Shown in pieces: positions 25,043 to 37,989 of a DNA stretch of 64,000 nt. The translations under genes and the position numbers were made by a program. Each line of letters begins with the position of its first letter. The stretch's first letter is position 1. The notes beneath the pieces are model-generated. The model made no database searches, was not told the DNA's origin, and saw only the letters and a program-made list of their open reading frames with translations. Origin of the DNA: Callorhinchus milii (Eukaryota). The stretch lies in the NCBI RefSeq assembly GCF_018977255.1, contig NW_024704743.1, positions 102,240,001 through 102,304,000 of the forward strand, read 5' to 3'.

Positions 25043-27690
25043 AACAATAATTTAACATTTGTAAAGTGCCTCTCATGTTGAGAGGACTTCCCAAGATGCT
25101 GGACAGTCAGAAATTTGGACCCGAGCAGGATTTGGGATTGGGGCAGGGGGGATGGGAGGGCAGGGAGGGTAGGGGAAGGAGGGTGCAAATGCACGGTCGA
25201 GGAGGAGGGTCTTGAGGCATGCTTTGAAGGAAGCAAGGGAGGGAACAAGACAAAGGGACTGTGGTATGGACTTCCAAAGGTTGGAATCAGAGAAGCTGAA
25301 TTTACGACCGCCAATGGTGGTGTTGGCTGGGCAGGCAATGTGAGCATGCTGGAGCCTGCTAAGCGGAGGGAGCAGGCAGGTTGAAATGGGTTAGCAAGTC
25401 ACTTTTGTAGGAAGGAGCAAGACTATGGGGGCCCTTGAAGGTGAGGATGAGGATTTTGAACCGTGACTTCTGGGGGATGGGGAGCCAGTAGAGCCAGGCG
25501 AGCCTGGTGCAGGAGAGGTCATAAGCTGCAGAGTTCTGGATGATCTGCAGCTTATGGAGGGAAGAGTTGGGAAGGCAAACAAGCAGGGAGTTGGCAGCGT
25601 AGTCAAGCCTAGATGTAATAAATGTGTGGATGAGGATTTCAGTGACTTGAGGGGAGAGGCAGTGGTGGATCCGGGTGATATTGTGGTGGTGGGAGACAGG
25701 AGAACAGGTCATGGCACAGATGTGGGGTAGAAAGGATTGTTGAGGGTTAAACAAGATACCAAGGTGCTGGACTGACTCAGTGAGGTGGAGTGTGCAACCA
25801 TGGATCATGATAGTGATGTTGCCAGTGCTTGAGCTGCGGAGGCAGTGACAGGATCCAATCCGGAGAGCTTTGGTCTTGTTGACATTCAACTGGAGAAAAT
25901 TAGCTCTCACCCAGAACTTGATGTCTGACAAACATTCTTTTAGGACAGCAGTGGTCCTGGAGTTAAAGGTGGAGGCAGAGAGATAGAGTTGGGTGTCATC
26001 CGCATACATGTGGAAGTTGATCCCATGCTTGTAGATGATTTCACTAAGAGGGAGCATATAGATATTGGAGAGGAGGGGACCAAGGACAGAGCCCTGAAGA
26101 ATGCCACTTGAGACAGTGTGGGGGCTAAAGGAGAACCATTTGTGGAGACAAAGTAGAGATGCTGTGAAAAGTAAGATCTGAACCAATGAAGGACAGCGCC
26201 ATGAACGTTGAGGTGAGAGGAGAGGTGGTGATGGAGAATAGAGTGGTCAACTGTATCAAAGGCAGCAGAGAGCATGAGGACACAGAGGCAGTCCTGGTTA
26301 CAGATTGACAAAATGTCATTTGTCACTTTGACCAAGGCCTCTTCTGTGTTGTGGTTAGCATGGAAACCTGATTGGAGGGGTTCATAGAGGGAGTGACGGG
26401 AGAGGAAGCAGCAAAGCTGGGAAGCAACAACTCATTCCTGGACCTTGGAAAAGGAGTTTGGAGATGAGGTGGTTATTTGAGAGCAGTTTTGGGTCCAAGT
26501 AAGGTTTTTTGAGAATAGGGATAATGATGGCTGTTTTTAAGTGGGTGGGAACCAGTGGACAGGGAGAGGTTGATGAGGTCCATGAGTAGAGGGGTAAGGA
26601 GTTGGACCTGGGATGTAAAGAGACGGGTAGGGATGAGGTTGAAGGAGTAGGTGGTCGGTTTCAAATGGTTTATAATGATAGTGACAGAGGAGGAGGAGAC
26701 AGGTTCAAAAGTGTGGAGGGAGGGATGGGTAGGAGTCAGAGTGTGAGAGGGAGATGAGGAGGGGTTAGCAGTTGGAAGGGAAGAGGCAGCTGAGTGGAAC
26801 CCTCGATTTTGGGCTTCTGGAAATCCAGCATTTCCTCATGGTTAGATTTGGAGGAGAGGATGGGCGAGGCATGTGATGGTGGCCAGAGGAGCCGGTTGGC
26901 GGTGGAGAAGAGGAGCCTGGGGTTGTCCTTGGCCTCCAAGATTATGTTGAAATATAAGGATGATTTAGCGGAGGTGACGGCGGAGCAGTAAGTTTTGATG
27001 TGGTGCAGCCAGATCTGCCGATGAACCGTTAAATTAGATTTGAGCCAGGTGCATGTGCCTTGAGGGAGCAGTGGTGGCTGAAGTACTAGGGTGACTTGCG
27101 TAAATAGGAGGTGGTTCGGGAGGTGAGGGGGACAAGAGCATTGAGAGTGGCGGAGAGAGAGTTGTGTTGGAGAGTGACCAAAAATGATAAATCGGTGAGG
27201 TAGGAAGGCCAGAGGCTGAGGAGTTCAGAAGACTCCAGGACAGCGGAGAAGGAGTGCGGGGAGATTTTTTTCTAGGGAAGGTAGGAGATTGAATTGGGTG
27301 GCGGTGGGGAGAGGGATTGAGGAGTGAAGGGAGATTAAATAGCAGTTCAAGGTGGCTTTTTGATGGTGATGGTGAGGTCCAAGATGCTGAGGCCCCGGGT
27401 AATCACCAGATCAGGTGGGTGGCCATGGACCTGTGTGGCAAAGTGGAGATTTTGGGAGAAGAGAGGAGAGAGGAGAGAGGAGAAGTAGGTGGAGATAGAG
27501 CAAGAGGGGTTGACGTACATGTTGAAGTTGCCTAGGATGAGCAGGTGTTCAAAGGAGAGACAGAGACAATATAGAAGGGTGGAGAGAAAGGTGGGCGAGG
27601 GCTTGGGGAGGGGCGATAAGCAAGGAGAATTTTAACGGAAAGATTGAAGGGATGGTAGAGGGTAAGGTGCTCGAAGGAGGGGACACAACA
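25043..27690 (-). mobile_element. Long L2 LINE covering endonuclease, RT and 3' tail (frameshifted)
   Basis: APE-like SFEHLTL...YRP and LILGNFN near 27530-27690; [39 protein letters not shown] and SRLDY in ORF 25359-26186. Confidence 0.97.
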
Positions 27691-27794
27691 GCTGATAAAA
27701 GTGCTCCGCAACATATTTGGCAGGCAGCCAGCAAGACAAGCTAATTTCAGAGAGTTTGTGCTTTTTGGCAATTTATGACCTATTTTGCGAGCAA

Positions 27795-28405
27795 AGTGGG
27801 GGAGGTGGGGAAGGTAAGCAGGGTATCCTTGGAGCTGAACTGCCTCCAATGTGGCATATTTAGCAAAGGAATGTCAGAATCAAACCAATCCTCTGTGGTG
27901 GTCTTGATAATCTAGTTCTTGAGACAAGTCCACAATATTCCAGGGCACGACTGATGACAGCAGAGCCAGACTGGCTTATCAGCAGGATATGGAAGCGCAG
28001 ACCAGTCACTGGGGGCAGGAACTCTTCCCTTTCAGCTTCTAGTAACCTCTCAAGCCAAAACACTGAAGGGCTGGGTGGTCTCAGCTGGACAAGCAGCATG
28101 AAAACTTGCCAGACAATGCTATCAATGGCAAGCTATGCTGTTTTAGCTGGTTAGACTCCAGCAATACTCTACTGCACACTCTAGGATCTCCAAGCTTTGG
28201 CTCTCGTGTCTGCACCTTATACTCTCCAAAATTAGATAAGCAGGATGTGTCCCTCCAGGGAGAGAGTGTGCATTCCATTCCAATAAATATCTCTGGAATT
28301 TTATGTCTGGGTGGAAAGAATGGAATTCTCAGTTTGGTTTGGATACTCTTAAGCATGGTGATGGGTTTCCGCATGTGTTAGACATCTGGCAGACCAAACA
28401 AAAAA
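27795..28405 (+). repeat. Unclassified ~600-bp A-tailed interspersed repeat (one of the longest copies)
   Basis: Aligns over its length with 61942-62559; ends accaaacaaaaaa; its ORFs have no RT or transposase motifs. Confidence 0.85.
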
Positions 28406-31379
28406 GTTTTTTTTTAAAGAATGCCATGACTGTGGATTCAGGAACATTCAACTGTAGATGAATTTAGATCCTGCTGGAATTTCATCTTTTTCTGTCTTGC
28501 CCAGCAAGACACAGTAAGATGCACTGACTGAACAGTATAAGTTCCATTAAAACATATTGTTAGAACAGGTTAGATTCAACAAAACAGGTTAGGTTCAAAA
28601 TGAAGTGTGCATGGTGGCAATATTTATAAATCATTCCCATTTTGTGTAGCAAACCCTTTCAAAGCTTGTGCAGTTTTTTTGTAAGACTGCCGACATTATA
28701 AATGGCATGAATTATTGAGGATTTAAACTCTCCAAATATGTTGAAATTACTTTTCATTAATTCTATATTGATTTTCGCTTTAATTTTACCCCCAAGCAAG
28801 TTCACCCATTTGTGCAGTGGTCCACATGGCAGGGATCTTCTGAACTGAATTAAAAAGGCAGAAAAGAACTTTGGTGATAGTGAAAAGCAAGTTTACAGGG
28901 CAGCAATCCACAACTGTTGCTACGTACTGCAGTACATACTGTGTGCATGCTGCAGGTTGGTTAAGCTGCTTGTTCACCATAGTGTAGCAGGCGATTGGAA
29001 TAATTAAGACATTTTAAGATTGTGATAAGGCCATTCAGCCCAGCAAGTGTGTACAACTTTTGATTTATCTCAACTCCACATTTTCAGCACATTTGTCAGT
29101 CCCAAGAACACATTTTAATGAAATTGCAAGAAATGCTGCTTCAGCTTAAACGCTGTGGTGTCCATGGTCTTGGAAGGCAGTAAAGACAGAATCAATTAGG
29201 ATGTCTAAAAGAATGATAGACATACACTTGGAAAGTAAAGGCATTAAGAAACGTTGGGAAATGGGGTTAAAATATGCCATGGTCCACAATGATCTATATG
29301 GATTCCTTTTGCACCTATATTCCTAACATGCCCCAGCTTCTAATTTTCAGAATTTTCCTCCCCCTCCATCTGTACTCCAATCTCCTGATATGTCATACGA
29401 TATTACGGCTAATTGTCATAGCAGTCTATTCTAGTTTCTAGATTCCTTATCTGGCTGCTGAGTTTCAGGGCACTGCAATCAACACAGGAACTGAACAGAA
29501 GAGTTTTTGAGAGGGGATTTACTCCCTTCCTTCCCCCAAGAATATTATCACTAGCCTCCTATGATTGAAAGTATGTTGAGAATTGTATAATTCTACAGCA
29601 GCACATCAATAATTCATCAGCTGTGTCCCAGAAAACAATTGTATGTTTGGCACCTAAATTCCTAAAAGGAGGAAACAAAAAGGTTTGGAATTGAAAATAT
29701 TACCATCAGAGTTCATCATCATGTCCTCAGTCAGCATCTAGTAGCTTTTGAATCACTTCCAAGATTGAACCAAAGATATAGCAGTGCAATTTCTCAATTT
29801 TTATTAATCTACAGGCAAGCTTTTTATTTTGAAGTACAAGGAAACATTTTAATTTGTTTAGGTCTCAGGATTAGTTATGGCTGCCAATCCAATGATCTGT
29901 AAGATGTCTATTGGTGCACACATAAACTACCTTTAATCTTTATTGCAAAACGCAGTCCTTTTTGGTAAAGAAAATAATCCTGATAAATTCCATCTCAACA
30001 ATACAATGACATGAACTCTAACCGTCACACAAAAGAAAAGTGAAGTGAGACAACTAGAATGGGTCACCAGGAAGGGTGGCTCGAGGTGAGGATACTGGAT
30101 TCGTTTAAAACACAGCTGGATATTGTGATGGGAGGATGGATGATAGGCTGAGTATTTTGGAAAGGTGAGATCAAATGGGATGAAAGGCCTTCTTCATCCA
30201 AACTGATCTTGTGACCTTATGAAACTGCTACATAGTGAAAAAAGTGGGGCAAAAGTTCTAAGCATACATAACTTTTGAACCAGAAGTTAAGGGAATTCAA
30301 AGCGCTTCACAGAGAATTCACTGTATATTTGTGGGCAAACTATACCTAAATGTAAGAATGATTATTATTATAAATAAATAAGTGGGACTTTTTCTGGTAA
30401 CCACAGGTGCAGGTTTCAGGGGGATAGATAGTTGCCCAAGAAAGGTTTCGGTTGTATTTCCTGTAAAGTGCTTTAAGTGGTAAAGTGCTCTATCAAATGC
30501 AATGGTATGTGTGTTCTTACATATATATATGTAGTGAAGTATTAATGCTGTTTTCTGTTTCAGCTCTTTCTACTTCTCATAAGAGAATCCAGCAGAGTTT
30601 TTGAGACAAGACCAAGGCTCACAAATAAAGAGATTCAGGAAGATGTTTAAGGAGGCCAATACAGCTGAGGCTGATCCAGTTCTCAACTCACAACCACTGT
30701 CCAGCTGGTTGATCCTACTGAGCTCAGAGCCAATTCCAGTACCCCAACTACTGCCCCAGCTGAGAGCACTTAATTCGGCAGAGCCCAGGAATCATACATC
30801 TCTGTCCTAAATGCTTTAATGCTACACCAGCTGCTGCCTTTACTCACTAATCCATCATTATTAACTGAATGGCTGATGGTATGACTTATAAACTTGTGAA
30901 AATGTTAAGCCTTTTGAAATGCTGCTAGCTACTTTTGTGGGACCCATTGTAAAATAATGATAAAAAGTGGCTTTAATAATAAAAAGGTAGACTGAATGCA
31001 CTCAGATACATTGGTCTATTCATTAAAAACAATGGAGAGAAAACAAAATATCAGTATTCAAAGTTTTAAGGTAAGTACTGAAACTCCTTTTTTTCTTTTC
31101 TGGTGAAAGTTTGTGGATTATGCATTGTTAAGATTCAAATGCTCCATCTGGTGTGAAGGGCACTGTATAAATGCAAGTTTCTGCTGTTTTAACAACAAAA
31201 TATGCCACTTACAAAATGTTTTAAGAGTGTTGCACTTTAATTCAGGCATTGGATCAGTGAGTGGTTGAGCTACAGAGACTGAGTTAATTCTTGATTACTG
31301 CTGAAGCTTTGAGTTAAGCAAAGAGAAAAACAGGTAAGGATCATTGTCCAGTGCCTTCTGCTAGAAGCAGGTTAAATCA

Positions 31380-31560
31380 TAATAATAATCCTTGCATTTG
31401 AGATAGCGCCTTATCACTTATTTGAGATGTCTCAAAGTGCTTCACAAAATATACTGTAAAGTGAATTGACTGTATATTTTGCGGGCGAAATGAGGCAGCC
31501 AATTGCGCACAGCAGTGTCCCACAAACAGTTGCGGATTGAGTGACCAAATTATCATTTGT
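31380..31560 (-). mobile_element. tRNA-derived SINE, 3' half
   Basis: aataataatccttgcatttgagatagcgcc...gcagccaattgcgcacagcagtgtcccacaaacag. Confidence 0.9.
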
Positions 31561-32394
31561 AAAAAATTTTTTTTTTTTCTTTATGTGTGCATTTGGATTA
31601 CAGTATATGTTGCTTCAACTCATACACACGCGTATATTGACTTCTTGTACTTTCATTTGCTATTTCAGCACTCTTTTAATTGTACCTTTCTTGTTTGCCT
31701 CCAAGATAAGATCAACTCTCATGAACTGCTTGCATTTCATATAATCAATAGTTATCAATAATGGTGGTAATTTTAAAACAATCCATCCAGTGAAAATAAG
31801 CATTGATATTCTCAATTTTTTTTATATAGTAGAGAATATAAATATGCCTGAACAAAATATTCATTTTAAAGCTACTTGTCTGAAGCCAATTTCAGATCTG
31901 AAATGAACATTGATTTGTTGTACTGCTGGTAATGTTCTTGGTTTTGAGCAGTAATGTAAGGAGATCAGCAACCAGCCATTAATGTACATATTACTGATTT
32001 GATTTAATTGTTTAATTGTAGTTCAGTTAATTGCACTTTTAAATTACAAGGAACTGAAATATTAATCCCAAGTGATACTCAAACTGACAAGCTTTGAGAA
32101 TTATACTCATCTGTTCTATGTCATGGCAAAGACTAGGCTTCAAGTTTTTTTTATGTTGTAATCACACCCTTGACAAATTCATTTTTTAAAGTCTAAAGAA
32201 CAAGGAAGCTTATTCCGCTCAGTGCATAAAATTTGCTCATGTGGACTGCACACTATTCTCTTCTGTTTTGCATGATTTTTGCAAATGTTTAAGTACTGAT
32301 AAATAAATTTATGCAGTTTCAAAGAATAAATAAAATGACATTTGGGTCTAATTTCCAGGTGGCATTAACAACCCGTATGCAGAATTTATGGTTT

Positions 32395-33108
32395 GGGTGA
32401 GGCACGTGCGAACATATTATGGTTGAAGAGGAGGGTCTTCAGATGGGTCTTGAAGGAGGCAAGGGAGGGGGCAAGGCAGAGAGACTGCGGGATGGAGTTC
32501 CAGAGGATAGAGACAAAGTGGCAGAAGGCCCACCAGCCAATGATGGGGTGGATGAGGTGGGGGACATGAAGCAGGCCAGAGCCCACTGAGAAGAGGGAGC
32601 GGGCAGGATGGTAGGGGATTAGGAGGTCACAGAGAAAGGGGGAGCAAGGCCATGGAGGGCTTTGAAGGTGAGGACCAGGATCTTGAACTGTATCCTCTGA
32701 GTGATGGGAAGCCAGTGGAGTCGGGCGAAGATGGGAGTGATAGGGTCATGGAGCAGGAGATGACATGGGCTGCAGAGATCTGGATGATCTGCAGCCTATG
32801 GAGGGAGGAGTTTGGGAGGCCGGCAAGCAAGGAGTTTGCATAGTCAAGCCTCCATGTTATGAATGTGTGTATGAGGGTTCGGTGACCTAGTGTGAGACCA
32901 TGGCTGATCCGGGCAATGTTGGTGAGGTGGGGAAAGGCAGAGCTGGTCATGGCATGGATGTGGGGTAGAAAGCATAGTTGAGGGTCAAACAAGACGTCAA
33001 GGTTCTGGACTGGCTTAGTAAGGTGGAGTGTGCATCCATAGATGGTGATCTTGTCAGCGCCTGAGGTGTGGAGGTGCTGACGGGAGCCAATCAGGAGGCC
33101 CTCAGTCC
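32395..33108 (-). mobile_element. L2 LINE fragment (ORF2 C-terminal region)
   Basis: ORF 32627-33169: TEGLLIGS...FDPQLCFLPHI...RLDYANSLLAGLP. Confidence 0.93.
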
Positions 33109-33144
33109 TGAGCTGAACACAGTTGGTGGAACTTAATGGCAATT

Positions 33145-33680
33145 CCAACTGCCCACAGCACAGAAACAACTTTGGTCAAAATGACAAATGACATTTAGTC
33201 CATCTGTAGCCATGGTTTCCTCTGTCTCCTTGTCCTCTTTGACCTCTCTGCTGTCTTTACATCGTTGACCACTCTATCCTCCTCCACCGTCTCATCTCAA
33301 CCTTCATGGATTTGTCCTTGACTGGTCCAGATCCTACCTTTCACACCATATCCTGTTGTGTCCACAAATGTCTTTTTCTCTCGCCCCTGCACTGTTTCAT
33401 GTGGCGTTCCTCAGGGCTTTGTCCTTGGTCCTCTACTCTTCAATATGTATGTGCTCCCTCTTGGTGACATCATCCGCAGACATAGGGTCAACTTACAACA
33501 GTAACAAATTACATTTGTATCACGCCTTTCACATCAGGAGGACGTCCCAAGGTGCTGGACAGTCAGGGATCTGCACAACATATATGCGGAAGACACCCAA
33601 CTCTGACTCCACCTTTGAATCCAGGATCACTGCCATCTTTTCAGAACCTCCACACCTCAGGCACTGGCAGCATCATCATA
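33145..33680 (+). mobile_element. L2 LINE RT fragment, inverted relative to its neighbour
   Basis: cacagcacagaaaca (HSTET), gacctctctgctg, ggcgttcctcagggc and atatgcggaagacacccaactc; a short reverse tail is nested at ~33495-33570. Confidence 0.9.
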
Positions 33681-33894
33681 AATAAAATTGGTCATTCTCT
33701 TGGCTGTTTGTGGAGCATTGTTGTACGCAAATTGGTTATAACATTCACCTACAAAATACGCTCAGTTTACTGTAAAGCCTTTCAAATGCTTTGAGAAGTC
33801 TTCTCAAAGTGAAAGGTGATTTGTCAAATGCATGGATTATTATTTAGAATGTTATTCAGGTATAATAATAATACTTGCATTTGATATTACGCCT

Positions 33895-33987
33895 TGGAGT
33901 CCTGTAACTCAGTGGTTAGAGCACTCGCCTCACAAGCAAAAGAACTGGATTCGATTCCTGGCAGGGCGAAACCTTGGCCAAGTTTCC
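33895..33987 (+). mobile_element. Isolated SINE tRNA head inside a reverse-strand SINE tail
   Basis: tggagtcctgtaactcagtgg...caagtttcc, flanked by ttgcatttgatattacgcct and tttcacgtcagga. Confidence 0.85.
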
Positions 33988-34008
33988 TTTCACGTCAGGA
34001 AATTCACC

Positions 34009-34445
34009 TCGAATTCAAGATCCTCACCTACAAGGCCATTTACGACCTTGCTCCCTCCTACCTCTCCGACCTACTATCCCCCTACCTACCCGCCCGTACC
34101 CTCCGTTCCTCTGGCTCCGGTCTCCTCCACATCCCCCGCCCCAACCGCCCTACTATTGGTGGCCAGGCCTTCAGCCTCTCAGCCCCTAGGCTCTGGAACT
34201 CTATCCCCCAGTGCCTTCGCCTTGCCTCCTCCCTTTCCTCCTTCAAGGCCGGTCTCAAGACCTTTCTCTTTGACCGTGCCTTCAGCTCCCCTCTCGACTC
34301 TCTACCCCCTCCTCGCTCCCTCCCTTCCCTCCCCTCACCCTGACCATTTCCCCCCTGCTCGGGTCCTGACCCAACTGTACAGCGCCTTGGGACGTCCTCC
34401 CGACGTGAAAGGCGCTCAATAAATGGAATCTTGTTGTTGTTGTTG
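34009..34445 (+). mobile_element. Young L2 LINE 3' end
   Basis: Open frame FKILTYKAIYDLAPSYLSDLL...APRLWNSIP...FKAGLKTFLFDRAF; CpG-rich; (TTG)n end. Confidence 0.97.
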
Positions 34446-34710
34446 TGTCATTGTGGACCAGAGAATTCTGATTAATTTGCTAGGTTCAGCAATGTTGTCT
34501 CTGTTGATTGTTCAATTCATATTCACAGATCCGTATTTTCAAACTATGGTCTCAATTCGATCATGTGATTGGCCAGAGTAACCTTTCGGATCATTATCAG
34601 GTCTTAGGTGAGCATGCTTTGTCTGAAAACTCATGTGCCTGAATTATAATAGTGTGCCATTCATTCTCCTTTGATTTCTTTATTGGATGCAATAAAAATA
34701 CTAGTCACTA

Positions 34711-35026
34711 TAATAATAATAATCCTTGCATTTGATATAGCGCTTTTCACGTCGGGAGGACGTCCCAAAGCGCTTCACAGAACACACTGTAAAGTGAATT
34801 GACTGTATATTTGCGGGAGAACGCGGCAGCCAATTGTGCACAGCAATGTCCCACAAACAGTCGTAGATTGAAAATGACCAATTTATTATTGTTTTGGGTT
34901 TTTGGAGGGATTATTATTAGGCGTGTGGAGTAAGGAAACTTGCCCAAGGTTTCGCCCTGCCTGGAATTGAACTCAGGTCTCTCGCTTCCAAAGCGAGTGC
35001 TCTAACCACTGAGCTACAGGACTCCA
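34711..35026 (-). mobile_element. Young full-length tRNA-derived SINE
   Basis: Nearly identical to 6187-6511. Confidence 0.95.
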
Positions 35027-37680
35027 CATACACGTTACAGTAAATCTGACGAATCGCTGAGATATCCTCCAAACATGAAAAATATTGTACCAAATGCGAT
35101 GATGATTATTATTATTATATGCTTGATCTTATTTGGTACTGTTAAGAATTTACTTTTTTTAAATATTAATTTCTGTCCTGGTTGGGAAACGAGGGATAAG
35201 AAGCTACTTAGATTTTATGCAAAAGGAGAGTAGACACAATGATTGTTCTGAACATTACAATCAAGTATGACATCAGCCAGATCCATCAGTCACTTTATTT
35301 CACTAACAAATTCAATTAGCCACACAGTGAAAACAAGTTTATTCAGACATACAAATTAATGTAGACTCCTTCAGGACTCCTGAAGCTCCTCTAAGTGATA
35401 TGCAGGTCACAAATTGCCTGTTTTGCACTTTCAGCAAGTTATCATTAAAGTCCCAGATATCCTCTAATTCACTGAATTTAAGTGAACATGCATTACGTGA
35501 TGTCTTCTTGGATTTGCTTTCCATTGTTTATCTCTTATGGAGAGTTAGTTTTGAACTCTTTGAAGTGGACAGACCTTTTACCATTACTCTTGGGCACATT
35601 TTTGATTAATATATCTTAACCTCAAACACAAAAGAGTGCCTCATACTGTAACAGTGTGACATTTCCATTTGCCACAGCAGCTTGCTTGCAAGCTGTCTGA
35701 TAGAATCTGCCAATTCAGTGTGAAGTTGTGCCAAATTAAAGGCATATTTTGGCTGTGGTTTTATTGTCAATAGAACTTTATTTTGGTGTGAGTCAGTATA
35801 TCCAGCAGAGTGCTGAGAGGTTCATCCCCACAGTGTAAGCTAGGATTAAAGCCAGATCTCAGATTGTGTGCTGCCTATTCACAGAGAAAAGGTTATTTAA
35901 CCAATTACATTCATTTAGTTTAGCAAACTTGTGTTATTCTTTATAACATTAACTTTTTTTGTATTTTGTACAATTGCACATCAAAATGTTTTTCCCCACA
36001 CTAATGTGCAATAAGTTAATGAAGCGAAATGTAAAACACAAGTACTGAAAAGATCATAAAAGTCTTCAGAAAAAATATATTCGGGATCATATATAAGGAA
36101 CTCGAACAATATTGCAACATTTCATTTTCCCTCTTGTCAAGATACCACCATTTGTTTTGACCACCAATGACCACTATGGCTCCTTGATTTCAAGAGCAGG
36201 CGTGCACTGGATCAGGTTAAGTGAAACCATTCAGTGGTACAGAAGCAGATGGTTCAATTAAGGACTTGGGAGTTATTTTGACGTTTCATAGGTCATTTGT
36301 CAAAACACACACTGTGATGTTTAAACATCCTTGTCTCCCAGCAACTAGTCACATCAATCAGGATGGACATTGTTCCATGTCCTAATATGACAAATATTAG
36401 GGTTTCACCTCCGAAGATGACAAATCTCTCTTTTGAGTTATGTATAAAAAGTATCAGCTCACAGGTTTAGGCTTGAACATTTCCAAATTTAAATTCGCTT
36501 GAAAGTACAAGATGACAAGCTATAATTACCATTACCATTTTGATAGCAACAGGGGAAGTTGGAAATATATGGAGACAATTTTCTTACAGTGGAGTTTGTG
36601 GATATGGTCAAAAAGAGAGAGGGAAAACTGGTTTGTTTTACTCTTTGTAAAAAGTCGTTTTGAAATTCACTATTGGCTGATGTATGAGAAGAACAATTAT
36701 TTTAAGCAGCCGTGTGAATCAAATACCACTCTGGTAAACTGTGTCTTACTTTCTTTGTTGGAAATAGCCTGAGGGACATGGATAGAAAAATAAAGATGCT
36801 ATGAAAGTTGTATCTATCTTAGAGTACACAATCTATCTCCAAGTTATAAATGTAAAGAATGTGCAAGTCACCCTACAGCGAGGGATTAATATTCAAGGAT
36901 TTATACCACAACAGAGTGCAATGTAGAATATTACAATAAAAATATTTTTTTATTTTTCAATGTTATTTCCCCATTTTTCTCAATCTTTATTTTGTAACAT
37001 AAGCAAAAGAATAATGCCAACCCAGTATTGTTAAGCGCCTTGGGACATCCTATTGATTTGATAGGTGCTGTAAATTTATATTGTTGTATTTTATTGTATA
37101 AAGGAGGAAATTATATTTTTTCTACAAACAGATATAATCGTACATTTCACCATTTACTGTAATGGGGAAATCAACATGCATTTATCAAAATGATTATAAA
37201 TGTGTTCCTTGGTACTGTTAGTTTTTTTGCATTAAGACCAAGTGGTAAACAATGACCTTTGTCTTATTTTCAAGCAATAATACATAGTCACTAGACTTTT
37301 TGGCAAAAAAGCACTTTAAGTTGAAGCACTTTAAGATGTATTGAAATTCATAGGCTCTATAAAAAGCGAGCTTTATTATTACTATTTTGTATTATACTTT
37401 TATATCCATTTTTGCTCCTTCATGAGAACATATACTGAATTATAATGGGGAGTATGGGAAATATAGAAAAGTTGTTTCATTGTGTGTGACTGAACAGGTG
37501 GTGCATTTGATTGCATGACATCTGTAGTAGAAATCAGTATTGCCAATAATCAAGAGATTTATAATCTAGGATTAAGGGTATAAGTAAACAGTTTGTGTCT
37601 TCATGACGCCAGGCAGAAGACTGGAATATCCTGGAGCTAGACTGAATTTGAGTTCTATGGTATAAAATTCAGTGAAGTTA

Positions 37681-37989
37681 TAATAATAATAATCCTTGCA
37701 TTTGACATAGCACTTTTCACGTCTTCTAGACGTCTCAAAGCGCTTCACAGAATAGACTGTAATGTGAATTGACTGCATATTTGTGGGCGAAACGCGGCAG
37801 CCAATTGCGCACAGCAGTGTCCCACAAACAGTCATGGATTGAAGTGACAAATTTATTATTGTTCTTTTTTTATCTTGAGGGATTATTATCAGGCGTATGG
37901 AGTAAGGAAACTTGCCCAAGGTTTCACTCTGCCGGAATTGAAACCAGGTCTCTTGCTTGCAAAGTGAGTGCTCTAACCACTGAGCTACA
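37681..37989 (-). mobile_element. tRNA-derived SINE, near full length
   Basis: Same head, body and (ATT)n tail as 6187-6511. Confidence 0.93.

Noticed and set aside
25359..26186. Longest ORF in the track (275 aa)
   Set aside because: A stop-bounded piece of a frameshifted L2 reverse transcriptase, not a host gene.
28081..28381. Similar ORFs recurring at 12528, 28081 and 62341 (MLKSIQTKLR...)
   Set aside because: The similarity comes from the shared repeat. Frames break differently in each copy, so there is no evidence for a protein family.
34529..34607. 79-nt plus-strand exon candidate (IRIFKLWSQFDHVIGQSNLSDHYQVL)
   Set aside because: Reasonable splice sites but no recognisable protein or partner exons. 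It shows the chance background for such motifs; revisit if the host gene is on the plus strand.
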